NCBI GenBank assembly: GCA_002421865.1
Contig: DISE01000036.1
Span: 766-64,765, forward strand
DNA length: 64,000 nt
Direction of reading: 5' to 3'
Source: Castellaniella sp. UBA6218
GTDB lineage: Bacteria > Pseudomonadota > Gammaproteobacteria > Burkholderiales > Burkholderiaceae_B
Shown piece after piece: positions 17,145 through 27,751 of the stretch; positions within the stretch are counted from its first letter, which is position 1; each line of letters opens with the position of its first letter. Made by a program: the position numbers and the translations under genes. The notes below the pieces were generated by a model. It had not been told where the DNA came from. It worked only from the letters and a program-made list of their open reading frames with translations, and ran no database searches.

Positions 17145-17795
17145 ATGGCCAAATCACACACAACCGAGCCCGTCGGAGGGTGTAGCCGCCCAGCGCCTCC
17201 CGATGCGCTACTGTCCAACGATCTGTTCGGCACAATCCTGGCGCCGGCCCCCGACCTGGCCGCCTGGGCCCGGGAAACCATCCTGGCCGAAGACAGCCCG
17301 CTCCACAACCCCGATCACACCCACCTGCTGGACGCCGACCTCGGCTTCCTCTGGGCGTCGTCGGCCTTCGCAAAGCGCGGCCGCACGGTGATTGGCCAGG
17401 CTGAACAGGTCATGATTCGCGCCGGCGGCTGGCAGAAGGCGAGGCAGGAACAGCAACTGCGTGAGTGGTTCGGCCATGTGCCGGACTTCCTGGTCACCCT
17501 GGCAGCCGACTACTGCGCCCAATGCAGCGACACCGAGTTCTGCGCTCTGGTCGAGCACGAGCTCTACCACATCGGCCAGGAGCAGGATGAATTCGGGGCG
17601 CCAAAGTTCACGAAAGACGGCATGCCCCGGCTGGCAATGCGCGGCCATGACGTCGAGGAGTTCGTCGGCGTGGTGCAGCGCTACGGCGCCAGCGCCCAGG
17701 TGGCGCGGATGGTCGAGGCAGCCAAGCATCCGCCGGCCGTCTCAGGCGCCAGCATCGCGCACGCATGCGGCACCTGCCTGAGGGCCGCCGCCTGA
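17145..17795 (+). CDS. Putative phage metallopeptidase
   Basis: EHELYH and HDVEEF motifs. Confidence 0.85.
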   Translation: MAKSHTTEPVGGCSRPAPPDALLSNDLFGTILAPAPDLAAWARETILAEDSPLHNPDHTHLLDADLGFLWASSAFAKRGRTVIGQAEQVMIRAGGWQKARQEQQLREWFGHVPDFLVTLAADYCAQCSDTEFCALVEHELYHIGQEQDEFGAPKFTKDGMPRLAMRGHDVEEFVGVVQRYGASAQVARMVEAAKHPPAVSGASIAHACGTCLRAAA

Positions 17796-17812
17796 CCTGA
17801 AAGGAATTTTGC

Positions 17813-18274
17813 ATGGCAACGCTTACCGATGCGGCCAAGCGCTTCATCGTTCAAGCGCTGGCCTGCTACGACACCCCCAGCGAGGTGTCGGCGGCCCTGA
17901 AGGAAGAGATGGGTGTCGATGTGCCGCGCATGCAGGTCGCCCAGTACGACCCCACGAAGGTGGCCGGCGCCAAGCTGGCGAGAAAGTGGCGCGATCTGTT
18001 CGAGGACACGCGCAAGAAGTTTCGTGAGGCCGTGGCAGAGATCCCCATCGCGGACCAGGCCTTCCGGCTGCGCGCCCTGGGCAAGATCTACGACCGGCAC
18101 ATGGCGCGAGGCAACGTGGCGGCCGCAGCGGCTGTGCTCGAGCAGGCCGCCAAGGAGCAGGGCGGCATGTTCACGAACAAACGCGAGGTGAGCGGCCCCA
18201 ACGGCGGTCCCATCCCGACCATGCCCACCACGATCGAACTGGTGGCCCCCAATGTCCAGCAAAGCGAGGATTGA
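17813..18274 (+). CDS. Terminase small subunit (DUF2280)
   Basis: FIVQALAC.DTPS, YDPTK; precedes terL. Confidence 0.85.
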   Translation: MATLTDAAKRFIVQALACYDTPSEVSAALKEEMGVDVPRMQVAQYDPTKVAGAKLARKWRDLFEDTRKKFREAVAEIPIADQAFRLRALGKIYDRHMARGNVAAAAAVLEQAAKEQGGMFTNKREVSGPNGGPIPTMPTTIELVAPNVQQSED

Positions 18275-19520
18275 GCTACCGCCGAAGCTGATCCCGGTTT
18301 TCAGCGGCCCGGCCCGGTATCGCGGCGCCCATGGTGGGCGCGGCAGCGGCAAGACGCGCAGTTTCGCCCTGATGACGGCTGTGCGGGCATATATGTTTGC
18401 CGAGGCTGGCGTCTCGGGCAAGATACTGTGCGGCCGCGAGTACATGAACTCGCTGGAAGACTCCTCGATGGAGGAGGTCAAGCAGGCGATCCTGTCCGTG
18501 CCCTGGCTCGACGCCTATTTCGACATCGGCGAGAAGTACATCCGCACGAAGAATCGGCGGGTGTCATACGCCTTTGCCGGTCTGCGCCACGGCCTGAACA
18601 GCATCAAGTCCAAGGCCCGCATCCTGATCGCGTGGGTCGACGAGGGCGAGGACGTCAGCGAGACGGCGTGGATCAAGCTGCGCCCGACCGTGCGCGAGGC
18701 CGGCTCCGAGATCTGGGTCACCTGGAACCCGGAAAAGGATGGCAGCCCGACCGACAAGCGGTTCCGGAAAAGCCCGCCGGCCAACAGCCGGATCGCCGAG
18801 CTGAACTACACGGACAACCCTTGGTTTCCGCCCGAGCTCGACGAGGAACGGCTCAACGACCGCAATCTGCTGGACGACCAGACCTACGCCTGGATCTGGG
18901 ACGGCGCCTACCGTGAGAACAGCGATGCGCAGATTCTGTCCGGGAAGTACCGGGTGGCCGAGTTCACGCCGGCCGCCGACTGGGACGGCCCGTACTTCGG
19001 TATCGACTGGGGTTTCAGCCAGGACCCGACGGCAGGCGTCAAGTGCTGGATTCACGACCAGCGGTTGTACATCGAGCACGAGGCCGGCAAGGTCGGACTC
19101 GAGAACGACGACATCGCGGACTTCATGATTGCCCGGCTGCCGGGCATCGAGAGCCACGCGGTGCGCGCCGACTCGGCCCGGCCGGAGACCATCAGCCACG
19201 TCAAGAGCAACGGCCGTGGCACACGCAAGTGCCTGCCGCGCATTGTCGGCGTGGAGAAGTGGAAGGGCAGCGTCGAGGACGGCATCGCGCACCTGCGGTC
19301 ATACCGCGAGATCGTGATTCATCCGCGCTGCACGAAGACGCTTCACGAGGCGAGGACGTACAGCTACAAGGTCGACCGCCTGACCGGCGATGTGCTGACG
19401 GACATCGTGGACAAGAACAACCACTACATCGACGCGAGCCGCTATGCGCTGGCGCCGCTAATCAAGCGGCGCACCCCAGCGGGCCTCATGATCCCCAAGC
19501 GCCTACTTCAAGGCAGGTAA
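18252..19520 (+). CDS. terL: Terminase large subunit (PBSX family)
   Basis: GGRGSGKT, WVDE, GIDWG, NHYIDA.RYA. Confidence 0.95.
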   Translation: MSSKARIELPPKLIPVFSGPARYRGAHGGRGSGKTRSFALMTAVRAYMFAEAGVSGKILCGREYMNSLEDSSMEEVKQAILSVPWLDAYFDIGEKYIRTKNRRVSYAFAGLRHGLNSIKSKARILIAWVDEGEDVSETAWIKLRPTVREAGSEIWVTWNPEKDGSPTDKRFRKSPPANSRIAELNYTDNPWFPPELDEERLNDRNLLDDQTYAWIWDGAYRENSDAQILSGKYRVAEFTPAADWDGPYFGIDWGFSQDPTAGVKCWIHDQRLYIEHEAGKVGLENDDIADFMIARLPGIESHAVRADSARPETISHVKSNGRGTRKCLPRIVGVEKWKGSVEDGIAHLRSYREIVIHPRCTKTLHEARTYSYKVDRLTGDVLTDIVDKNNHYIDASRYALAPLIKRRTPAGLMIPKRLLQGR

Positions 19521-19745
19521 ATGCCCATTTTCAAGGTATTCGCACGAGACAACAGCGTCTCGCTGGTGATCCGTGCGCGCTGCATTTCCTGCGCGCGCCG
19601 GATGGCCGCAGAGCGCAGCCCGGCCGATGAATTCGTACTGTGGTCCGATTCGCAGCAGTCTGGCGTCGAGTGGATCAGCAACCCCGAGGCCCAGGGCTAT
19701 CTGACCGAGGGCCGCGCCGGCATCATCAAACGGATTTCAGCATGA
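19521..19745 (+). CDS. Phage hypothetical protein
   Basis: RARC.SCAR motif; between terL and portal. Confidence 0.7.
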   Translation: MPIFKVFARDNSVSLVIRARCISCARRMAAERSPADEFVLWSDSQQSGVEWISNPEAQGYLTEGRAGIIKRISA

Positions 19746-21106
19746 CCGACAAAATGACCCTGGCCGTGAACCATGCGCTCAACGACATGCGCATGGCCCG
19801 CGCCCGCATGGAGTTGCTGAATTCAGGCATGGGGCTGGATGCCAAACGCAACGCGGCGTGGTGCGAGTATGGCTTCAAGGAAGACCTGGACTTTCAAGAC
19901 TTCTACAAGCTATACCGACGCGGCGGCGTGGCCTATGGTGCCGTCGAAAAGATCATTGGCGCCTGCTGGAAGACCAACCCCTGGGTAATCGAGGGCGACG
20001 ACCAGGACGAATCCCGGCCAGAGACGGCCTGGGAGCGCAAGCTCAAGACCCTGGCGTCCGTCGCGTTCTGGCGCAGGATCGCCGAGGCCGACCGCCGCCG
20101 GCTGGTGGGGCGATTCTCAGGCCTGATCCTGCGTATTCGAGACAGCCAGGCCTGGGATCAGCCAGTGCGTGGAAGCAGCCCGGCGCTGGTGGATGTGATT
20201 CCTGCTTGGGCTGGCGCCCTGCAGCCCGTCGAGTTCGACGCCGAGCCGAACTCCGACCGCTACGGCCTGCCGAAATACTGGCAGTACACCCAGACCACGG
20301 CGAACGGCAGCCGCAGCCAGGTCAAAATCCACTACGACCGCATCCACATCCTGGGTGACTGGACGGCGGATGCCATCGGGTTCCTGGAGCCCGCCTACAA
20401 CGCCTTCGTGAGCTTGGAAAAGGTCGAGGGTGGTAGCGGCGAGTCGTTTCTGAAGAACGCCGCGCGCCAGATGGCCGTGAACTTCGACAAGGAAACGAAT
20501 CTTCGCGACCTGGCCGACATGTACGGCGTGAAGCTGGAAGACCTGCAAGAGCAATTCAACGCCGCCGCCCGCGAGGTCAACAGTGCCAATGATCTGCTGA
20601 TGATCCTGCAGGGCGCGAACGTTACGCCGCTGGTAACCAATGTCCCGGACCCGAAGCCGACCTACGACGTGAACTTGCAGACGGCGGCCGCCGCTCTGGA
20701 CATCCCCACAAAGATATTGGTGGGCATGCAAACCGGCGAGCGCGCCAGCAGCGAGGATCAGAAGTACTTCAATGCCCGGTGCCAGTCGCGCCGCGGCGAT
20801 CTGGGTTTCGAGATCCATGAGCTGTTCGAGCACCTGATGCGAATTCGTGCGGTCGATCGCATCGCCGACTACACGGTCATGTGGGACGACCTGACCGATG
20901 CGACCCAGGCCGACAAGCTGGCCAGCGCGAAGCTGATGAGTGAGATCAACGCTCAGGCCATCGCCACCGGCGAGACGGTGTTTACTGGCGGAGAAATCCG
21001 CACGGCGGCCGGATACGACCCCGAGGATGCTCCTGATCCGCTGGGCGAAGACGACGAGGATGAGGATGGCGACGAAGCCAAAACCGCCGATCCTGCCCGC
21101 GAATAA
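19742..21106 (+). CDS. Portal protein (DUF1073-like)
   Basis: Position, size, IP.KILVG.QTGERAS motif. Confidence 0.85.
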   Translation: MTDKMTLAVNHALNDMRMARARMELLNSGMGLDAKRNAAWCEYGFKEDLDFQDFYKLYRRGGVAYGAVEKIIGACWKTNPWVIEGDDQDESRPETAWERKLKTLASVAFWRRIAEADRRRLVGRFSGLILRIRDSQAWDQPVRGSSPALVDVIPAWAGALQPVEFDAEPNSDRYGLPKYWQYTQTTANGSRSQVKIHYDRIHILGDWTADAIGFLEPAYNAFVSLEKVEGGSGESFLKNAARQMAVNFDKETNLRDLADMYGVKLEDLQEQFNAAAREVNSANDLLMILQGANVTPLVTNVPDPKPTYDVNLQTAAAALDIPTKILVGMQTGERASSEDQKYFNARCQSRRGDLGFEIHELFEHLMRIRAVDRIADYTVMWDDLTDATQADKLASAKLMSEINAQAIATGETVFTGGEIRTAAGYDPEDAPDPLGEDDEDEDGDEAKTADPARE

Positions 21107-22019
21107 GGAGGATCCCACCGGCGTCGATCGCTTGGAACGCGGGGCTATGCGTGAGTTCGGGCGGCGCATCCGCAAGATCGCCCGGGGCTACGTCAAGTTG
21201 CTGGATCGCATCCCGGCCGAGCCGGTCGTGAACAAAACCGCAACGGACACCAAGGCCCGCCGGTACTCGTTTCGACTCGACCAGTACCTGCTGTCCTCGA
21301 TCCTGGAAGAGGGCGCCAGCCTGGTCGATTCGCTGCTTGCCGATCCGCGTGACCCGTGGTTTTTCGAGGCGTACGTAGTCGTGTCCTATCGGCGCGGCAC
21401 CGCCCAGGCCTTCGCCAACCTCGCACAACAGTCACCCGCGTACCTGGCTGGACAGATGAGCGTGGCCGACATCATGAGGAGCGACCCGTACCGTCGGCGC
21501 ATGGCGCTGGTCCAGGCGCGCGAATTTGAGGAAATGAAGGGTTTGGCCGGAACGGTGAAATCCAACATGGCGCGGGCCCTGACCGACGGCATCGGTCGGG
21601 GCCTGAACCCACGCAGCATCGCCCGCAATCTGACCGACCAGGCCGGCATCGAGGCACGACGCGCGAACCGGATCGCTAGATCCGAGGTGCCGATGGCGCT
21701 GCGCCGGGCCCGCTGGGATGAATCCGACGAGGGTGCTGACCGCTATGGCCTGCGTGGCAAGCAGATGCACCTGTCGGCCTTGTCGCCGACGACTCGGGCC
21801 ACGCACGCGGCACGCCACGGAAATCTGTACACGACCGACCAGGTGCGGGACTGGTACAGCAGGGACGGCAACTCGATCAACTGCAAGTGCAGCCAGACCT
21901 TCGTGCTGGTGGACGAGAACGGCAAGCCGCTCGTGCCAGCCATCCAGCAGCGCGCCTTGGACACCAAGCGCGTCATGCGCGAGAAGCACAACGGCCCGTG
22001 GGCCGACGAGGAAGAATGA
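21066..22019 (+). CDS. Minor head/head morphogenesis protein (SPP1 gp7-like)
   Basis: RA.RIARSE, TR.THA.RHG, INCKC. Confidence 0.85.
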   Translation: MATKPKPPILPANKEDPTGVDRLERGAMREFGRRIRKIARGYVKLLDRIPAEPVVNKTATDTKARRYSFRLDQYLLSSILEEGASLVDSLLADPRDPWFFEAYVVVSYRRGTAQAFANLAQQSPAYLAGQMSVADIMRSDPYRRRMALVQAREFEEMKGLAGTVKSNMARALTDGIGRGLNPRSIARNLTDQAGIEARRANRIARSEVPMALRRARWDESDEGADRYGLRGKQMHLSALSPTTRATHAARHGNLYTTDQVRDWYSRDGNSINCKCSQTFVLVDENGKPLVPAIQQRALDTKRVMREKHNGPWADEEE

Positions 22020-23371
22020 TGAAGAAGCGAGACATCGTGCTGCAGGTCAATGATGGCCTGGATCCGACGCTGGCCGGACGCCGGCCGCCGGTGGATCAGG
22101 CCGGGCGCACCCAGGTCAACATCACGACCCAGGTCAACGCCGCCCAGATCCGCCGCGAGACCTACAACGGTCGCGCGCATTGGGTGGTGCCGTCCTACAC
22201 GCTGCCCGCCAATGTCGTCATGAACGGCGGCCTGTACCCGGCAGCCGAGATCGACGCCCACTACCAGCAGCTCGAGGACACGCTGGCCCCGCTGGGTCAT
22301 CCGACGGTGGACGGCCAGTTTGTGTCCGCGTTCTCGCCGGAAGGCATCAACGTCGGGCACGTGGGCGCCTGGAACCGCAACGTCAAGAAATCCGGCAATC
22401 GGGTCTACATCGAGAAGTGGATCGACACGGAAGTCGCCCAGATGTCCGAGGGCGGCCGCCGGTTGCTGGAACGTTTGGAAGCGCTGGAAAAGGGCGAGGA
22501 CGTGCCGCCGATCCATACCAGCGTGGCGGTGTTCCTGGAGCGCCTGGACGCCAGCGAAGAACAGCAGACCCAGGGCGCCGAGTGGGTTGCCAGGATCCAC
22601 GGTATGGATCACGACGCAATCCTGCTCGACCAGGTCGGCGCCGCGACCCCGGAGCAAGGCGTCGGCATGATGGTCAATGCCGACCAGGCACAGCCGTTAG
22701 CCGCCAACGCCGGCGCGCTGGTGGGCGAATCCTACCGGCAGCGTGAGGAACGTCTGAGCCAAGCCGCCCGCAAGCGCTGGGCGACTGGCACCGATGAATA
22801 CGTCTGGGTCGCGGATTTCACCGACAGCCAGGCTGTGATCGTGCGCAACGGCGGCGTCTCCGAGGTCTACGCCTACGAGGACAAGGGTGGCGCGATCGCG
22901 TTTGCCGACGCGGGTAGTCCTGTTGTGCGACAGGAATCGTGGGTCACCACAGTCACCAATTCACTCAAACGACTTTTCAACCAGCAGGCCCGGCCTGCAG
23001 TCAACAAGGAGGGCGATATGCCTCTGACCCCTGAAGAACGGGCCGCATTGGTCAAGGAAACCAGCGACACCGTGGCCGCGAATGTGGCCGAACAACTCAA
23101 GCCCCTGACGGATGCCGTGACGGCGCTGCAGGCCAACCAGACCGCGCTGTCCGAGCAACTGACTGCCAACGCCCGTGCCGAAGAAGCCGAGAAGCGCAAG
23201 GCGGTCGCCGCGGTGCACGGCGATGTCGTCGCCAATGCGCTGTCCGGAGAGGCCCTGGACACCATGTTCAAGAGCCTGGGCACCGCCGCCACCATCGGCG
23301 CGAACGCCGCCAATCAACCGCAGGATGAGGGCGCCCCGGATCCTGCTGCCTACTTCGGAGGTGCGAAATGA
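22016..23371 (+). CDS. Prohead protease/scaffold-like protein
   Basis: Upstream of capsid; DHDAIL...GAATP and coiled-coil C-terminus. Confidence 0.75.
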   Translation: MMKKRDIVLQVNDGLDPTLAGRRPPVDQAGRTQVNITTQVNAAQIRRETYNGRAHWVVPSYTLPANVVMNGGLYPAAEIDAHYQQLEDTLAPLGHPTVDGQFVSAFSPEGINVGHVGAWNRNVKKSGNRVYIEKWIDTEVAQMSEGGRRLLERLEALEKGEDVPPIHTSVAVFLERLDASEEQQTQGAEWVARIHGMDHDAILLDQVGAATPEQGVGMMVNADQAQPLAANAGALVGESYRQREERLSQAARKRWATGTDEYVWVADFTDSQAVIVRNGGVSEVYAYEDKGGAIAFADAGSPVVRQESWVTTVTNSLKRLFNQQARPAVNKEGDMPLTPEERAALVKETSDTVAANVAEQLKPLTDAVTALQANQTALSEQLTANARAEEAEKRKAVAAVHGDVVANALSGEALDTMFKSLGTAATIGANAANQPQDEGAPDPAAYFGGAK

Positions 23372-23817
23372 GCCGCTATCGTCGCGTCAACATTGACGGT
23401 CAGTCCCTGTACAAGACCGAAACCCGCCTCACGGCGGCCAACCTCAAGCCCGGCACCTTCGCCACCATCAACGGCTCCGATAAGTTCGCTCAGGCAACCG
23501 CCGTCGCGGGTCGGATGTATGTGATCGATGTCGCTTATCACGAGGGGCTGACCATCACTGACTCGGTTCCGGCCGGCCATTCGGCCATCGGCAACTACGT
23601 CGAGGAGGGCCGCGAACTCGCCATCCTGTGCGCCGCCGGGACCTATGAGAAGGACACGCCGATCAAGGTCAATTCGTCCGGCCAGGGCGCGGTCGGCGTG
23701 GATGGCACCGACGCCATCGTGGGCTTCTCGCAAGACGAGTTCACGGTGGGTGCTGGCCAGACCGAATTCATCCGCGTGCGGATGCGCGCAACCCAGAAAC
23801 CCGGCGCTGCCGTCTAA
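23368..23817 (+). CDS. Head decoration-like protein
   Basis: Position and size. Confidence 0.65.
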   Translation: MSRYRRVNIDGQSLYKTETRLTAANLKPGTFATINGSDKFAQATAVAGRMYVIDVAYHEGLTITDSVPAGHSAIGNYVEEGRELAILCAAGTYEKDTPIKVNSSGQGAVGVDGTDAIVGFSQDEFTVGAGQTEFIRVRMRATQKPGAAV

Positions 23818-23828
23818 GGAGATCACAC

Positions 23829-24914
23829 ATGTTTTTCACTCCCCAAACCCTGGCGGCCAATAGCCGCCTGCGCGGCCACTGGGCGGACCTGTGGGCCAAC
23901 CGCAATATCTACAACCGCCAGCACCGGACGATGGTCGAGGCCAATCGCGCCCAGATGACGTCCGATATGCTGGCCTGCAACGCTGTGGGCGGTTTCGCGC
24001 GCGACTTCTGGGCCGAGATCGACAACCAGGTCATCCAGATGCGCGACACCGAAACGGGCATGGAGATCCTGACCGATTTGTTGGCTGTGCAGACGGTGCT
24101 GCCGGTGGGCAAGACCGCCAAGCTGTACAACATGGTGGGCGACATCGCCGACGATGTCTCGGTGAGCTTGGACGGTCAGGCGCCGTTCTCGTTCGATCAC
24201 ACCGAGTACAACACCGGCGGCGACCCGATCCCGGTCTTCACGGCCGGGTATGGCGTGAACTGGCGCCACGCGGCCGGACTGGGCACCGTGGGGTTGGACC
24301 TGGTGCTTGACTCCCAGGAAGCGAAGCTGCGCAAGTACAACAAGCGCCTGGTTTCGTACCTGCTCGATGGCAACGACAAAATCAAGGTCGAAAGCTACGA
24401 GGCCAAGGGCCTGCGCAATCACGCCAACACCAAGAAGATCGACCTGAAGACGGCCGGCGCATCGGGTGCCGCGATCAACTTGGCCACGGCCAACCAGACC
24501 GACCTGAACAAGTTTTTCACCAGTGGCGCCTTCGGCCAGACGGCCAGGGTCAACCGGGTCGACGCTTATGACGTGGTGTGGGTCTCTCCTGAGATCTTCG
24601 GCAACCTGAACGCGCCGTACCTTGACAGCAACGGCATTGCGACCGATCGCACGATCCTGCAGGTCTTCGGGCCGCGTTGGAACGTGCGTGAGTTCCGCAT
24701 GACCTATGCGCTGTCCGGCAACGAGCTGTTGGGCTACCAGCGCCGCCGCGACGTGGTGACGCCCCTGGTGGGAATGACCACGGGCGTCGTGCCGCTGCCG
24801 CGTCCGCTGCCCAACGTCAACTACAACTTCCAGATTATGGGCGCCATGGGCATCCAGGTGAAAGCTGACGATGCCGGCCTGTCCGGCGTTGTGTACGCGG
24901 CTGATCTGACCTAA
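23829..24914 (+). CDS. Major capsid protein
   Basis: 361 aa, strong RBS, position in head module. Confidence 0.85.
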   Translation: MFFTPQTLAANSRLRGHWADLWANRNIYNRQHRTMVEANRAQMTSDMLACNAVGGFARDFWAEIDNQVIQMRDTETGMEILTDLLAVQTVLPVGKTAKLYNMVGDIADDVSVSLDGQAPFSFDHTEYNTGGDPIPVFTAGYGVNWRHAAGLGTVGLDLVLDSQEAKLRKYNKRLVSYLLDGNDKIKVESYEAKGLRNHANTKKIDLKTAGASGAAINLATANQTDLNKFFTSGAFGQTARVNRVDAYDVVWVSPEIFGNLNAPYLDSNGIATDRTILQVFGPRWNVREFRMTYALSGNELLGYQRRRDVVTPLVGMTTGVVPLPRPLPNVNYNFQIMGAMGIQVKADDAGLSGVVYAADLT

Positions 24915-24926
24915 CAGGGGCACGAC

Positions 24927-25211
24927 ATGAAATACATCGTCATTCGCCCCTGGCATGGGGTCGAGAAGGGCGCTGTGGTGGACTTGAAGCATCTCCACCC
25001 GGCACTCAAGACCAACGTGCGCCTCATCGGTGGCGAAGTCGCCGAACTGGTGCCTGCCACGTTCGACCCTGCCGGCAACAAGCCCCCGACCAAGGGGGCT
25101 ATTGCCAAGCGGCTGAAAGAGCTCCAAATCGAGTTCGACGGACGCAAGAGTGCCGAAGAGCTGGCGGCCCTGCTGCCCGACAGCGACCCGCTGAAACCCA
25201 CCACCGAATAA
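24927..25211 (+). CDS. Phage hypothetical protein
   Basis: After capsid; terminator at 25211-25236. Confidence 0.75.
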   Translation: MKYIVIRPWHGVEKGAVVDLKHLHPALKTNVRLIGGEVAELVPATFDPAGNKPPTKGAIAKRLKELQIEFDGRKSAEELAALLPDSDPLKPTTE

Positions 25212-25274
25212 CCGCCCGCGAGGCGGTTTCTTTTTGCCCCGCTTCGGCGGGGCCCCAATTCTTGGAATCGAGCC

Positions 25275-25676
25275 ATGGTGACCATCGATCAGGCTACGCA
25301 GTATCTGGAAGGCCAGGGCATCACGCTGCCCGATTTCGTCGTGACCGCGCTGGTCGAGCAGGCCAACACGATCGAGGATTGCCTGAGCGCCCATTACACG
25401 CCTGCCACGGCCCTGTTGATCCAGCTCTACTTACTGGGCCTCATGGGCCTAGGGCAGGGCGACAAGTACATCAGCAGCCAGTCGGCCGCCAGCGGCGCGT
25501 CCCGATCGTTCCGGTACCAGTCCTTCGCCGACCGCTGGCGCGGCGCTATGTCGCTGCTGCGCGGCCTGGACAAGAACGGGTGCGCCACTGGCTTGATCCC
25601 GCCCGACCCGACCAGGGCATCTGCTGGCTTCTGGGTGGCCACGGGTGGCTGCATGCAGGGCGGCGGAAATGTCTGA
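25275..25676 (+). CDS. Head-tail connector-like protein
   Basis: Position in morphogenesis module. Confidence 0.7.
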   Translation: MVTIDQATQYLEGQGITLPDFVVTALVEQANTIEDCLSAHYTPATALLIQLYLLGLMGLGQGDKYISSQSAASGASRSFRYQSFADRWRGAMSLLRGLDKNGCATGLIPPDPTRASAGFWVATGGCMQGGGNV

Positions 25677-26016
25677 GGTTGCGCGCTGGAGCTACCAGAA
25701 CACCGCCACCGTGCGTCCGTTCACCGGCCGCAATGACTGGGACGGCGGCAACACCTATGGCGCGCCGTTTGAGATCGCCTGCACGTGGACGGCAGCCGCT
25801 GAAATGGTGCGAGAAACCGGCGGGCAGAGCGGCGCCAGGGGCGCTGAGTTCGTTGCCAAGCACCTGATCTTCACTGAAGACAAGCGCCCCAAATATCTGG
25901 ACCTGATTCAACTAAACGGTCACTCCGACTGGGAAGAGATCAGGGCCGTCACGGAGTGGGATATGTCGAGCCTGGACGAGCCTGACAGTCCTGATTTTCG
26001 TCTCGCAACCGCATAG
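25669..26016 (+). CDS. Head closure-like protein
   Basis: Position. Confidence 0.65.
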   Translation: MSEVARWSYQNTATVRPFTGRNDWDGGNTYGAPFEIACTWTAAAEMVRETGGQSGARGAEFVAKHLIFTEDKRPKYLDLIQLNGHSDWEEIRAVTEWDMSSLDEPDSPDFRLATA

Positions 26017-26026
26017 GAGCATCACC

Positions 26027-26116
26027 ATGGATTACCTGATCGGAACCGGCCTTGTGGCCTTCGTCTTCGGCGTGGCCGCCACCCTCATCGTGCTGAAAAT
26101 GCGCGATCGGATGTAG
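26027..26116 (+). CDS. 29-aa single-TM peptide
   Basis: Read manually: MDYLIGTGLVAFVFGVAATLIVLKMRDRM; AGGAG RBS; fills the gap. Confidence 0.7.
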   Translation: MDYLIGTGLVAFVFGVAATLIVLKMRDRM

Positions 26117-26118
26117 TC

Positions 26119-26517
26119 ATGCCAGTGCGTGGCATCGAACGGGTGCGCGCGAATTATCGGCGCACGGTCCAGAAAATCGCGCGGCCGGTATCCGAGGGGG
26201 CGGTGTATGCCGTGCTGTCTCAGGGACGCGCGATGGCCGACACGATGACCCCGATCGACACCAGCAACCTGATCAACAGTGGCTACGCGCCGCAGATCAC
26301 GGTGGCGCGCGGGAAGGTGACGGGGACCGTAGGCTATACGGCGTCGTATGCCTTCGCCGTGCATGAGGCGTCGGGCACACTTAAGGGCCAGTCCCGGCTC
26401 AGCGGGCGGGGCGACTATTGGGATCCGAACGCACAGCCACGCTTCCTGGTCGAGGGCTTCGATCAGTTGAAATCGTCCGTCCCTGCAATCCTCAAGGCCT
26501 ACTACCGTGCTGGATGA
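26119..26517 (+). CDS. Tail completion protein (HK97 gp10-like)
   Basis: TPIDTS.L.NS, VGYTA.YA..VHE. Confidence 0.75.
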   Translation: MPVRGIERVRANYRRTVQKIARPVSEGAVYAVLSQGRAMADTMTPIDTSNLINSGYAPQITVARGKVTGTVGYTASYAFAVHEASGTLKGQSRLSGRGDYWDPNAQPRFLVEGFDQLKSSVPAILKAYYRAG

Positions 26518-26866
26518 ACTGAAAGACTGGATCGAAGCGATTCTCGGGCCTTCCTGGGTCTACAGCACGGGTATGTGGACAGATCGCCCAGACATTGCTG
26601 CAAGCCCTATCTGCTCGATACAGAACGATGGCGGCCCGCAGCCTGACGTGGACGATCGCCGCCCGCGGTTCCGTGTGATCTTGCTGGGGCCTATTCAGGG
26701 GGCGGTAGGGATGACGAAGGATGCCGCCGATGCGCTGACGGCAGCCGCACTGAGCGCCGCAACCCCGTGCGGGGCCGCGCACATTCGAATCGCCGAGCCC
26801 ACCGGGCCAGGCACAACGACCGAGGGCCGGCGCTGGTACGCGTTGGACATCGAAATCCTTTTTTGA
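26507..26866 (+). CDS. Tail terminator-like protein
   Basis: Directly before tail tube. Confidence 0.65.
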   Translation: MLDELKDWIEAILGPSWVYSTGMWTDRPDIAASPICSIQNDGGPQPDVDDRRPRFRVILLGPIQGAVGMTKDAADALTAAALSAATPCGAAHIRIAEPTGPGTTTEGRRWYALDIEILF

Positions 26867-26927
26867 CCGCCTCCGGGCGATTTTTATTGCCGCCCTCCTG
26901 GCGGCTTTTCTTTTTTGGAGGCCGTCA

Positions 26928-27677
26928 ATGGCTAACTGCAAATCCCAGAAATATGTGGGCCGCGACGTGGTCCTGGAATACGCCATCGGTTGCGCCGATA
27001 CCCTGCCGACCGAGGCCGACTGGAAGCGCTTTGGCTCAATGCGCACCAAGGAATTCAATCTGGAGTGGGAGACCACCGACGCGACGGCTGACGACTCGAT
27101 CGGCGCGCTGCGCGAGAACTTGGCCACGTTCCAGTCGTTGACGATTTCGGGCGATGGCACCTGCAAGGCCAGCGGCGCCGGCTCGGCCAATCTGATCGAA
27201 CTGACCAAGCACGTCGCTAATCCGACGGCCACGGCAGGCCAACCGTTCGCCTGGATGCGTATGACGTTCCCCGACCTGACCTTCACGGCCTTCATGATCA
27301 TCACGACCATGAGCCGGTCGGCGCCGTTTGACGATGTGACGACCTACAGCATGGAAGCCAGCGCCACAACCAGCGATTACGGCCTGATCGTCGAGGACAC
27401 GCCGGATCCGGACGCGCCGGCCGTGACGTCTGTCGAAGTCGTGCCGGCCACGCTGTCCATGATCGTGGGCGAGACCTACGACGTGGAGGCTGTCGTGCTG
27501 CCCACCAGCGCGTCGCAAGGCGTGACCTGGAGTACCAGCGATACGCTTATTGCGACCGTCAACGCCCTGACCGGCGTCGTGACGGCTGTGGGCGATGGTA
27601 CGGCGACGATCACCGCGACCAGTTCGAGCGATCCGGCGAAATCGGATACCTGCGCGGTGACGGTGACTGCGGCGTAA
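26928..27677 (+). CDS. Major tail tube protein with C-terminal Ig-like domain
   Basis: Tube domain plus VTW.TSD..IATV...GVVTAV..GTATITAT. Confidence 0.9.
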   Translation: MANCKSQKYVGRDVVLEYAIGCADTLPTEADWKRFGSMRTKEFNLEWETTDATADDSIGALRENLATFQSLTISGDGTCKASGAGSANLIELTKHVANPTATAGQPFAWMRMTFPDLTFTAFMIITTMSRSAPFDDVTTYSMEASATTSDYGLIVEDTPDPDAPAVTSVEVVPATLSMIVGETYDVEAVVLPTSASQGVTWSTSDTLIATVNALTGVVTAVGDGTATITATSSSDPAKSDTCAVTVTAA

Positions 27678-27751
27678 CGTGGGTTCGGCCGGGCAGCCGC
27701 CCGGCCAACCGGCAAGGGTAAGATTGCCTGAAACAACGACGAGGAGCCATC

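Noticed and set aside
19742..21106. Possible anti-CBASS (Acb1) label for the DUF1073-like protein
   Set aside because: Size and position between terminase and minor head gene indicate a portal
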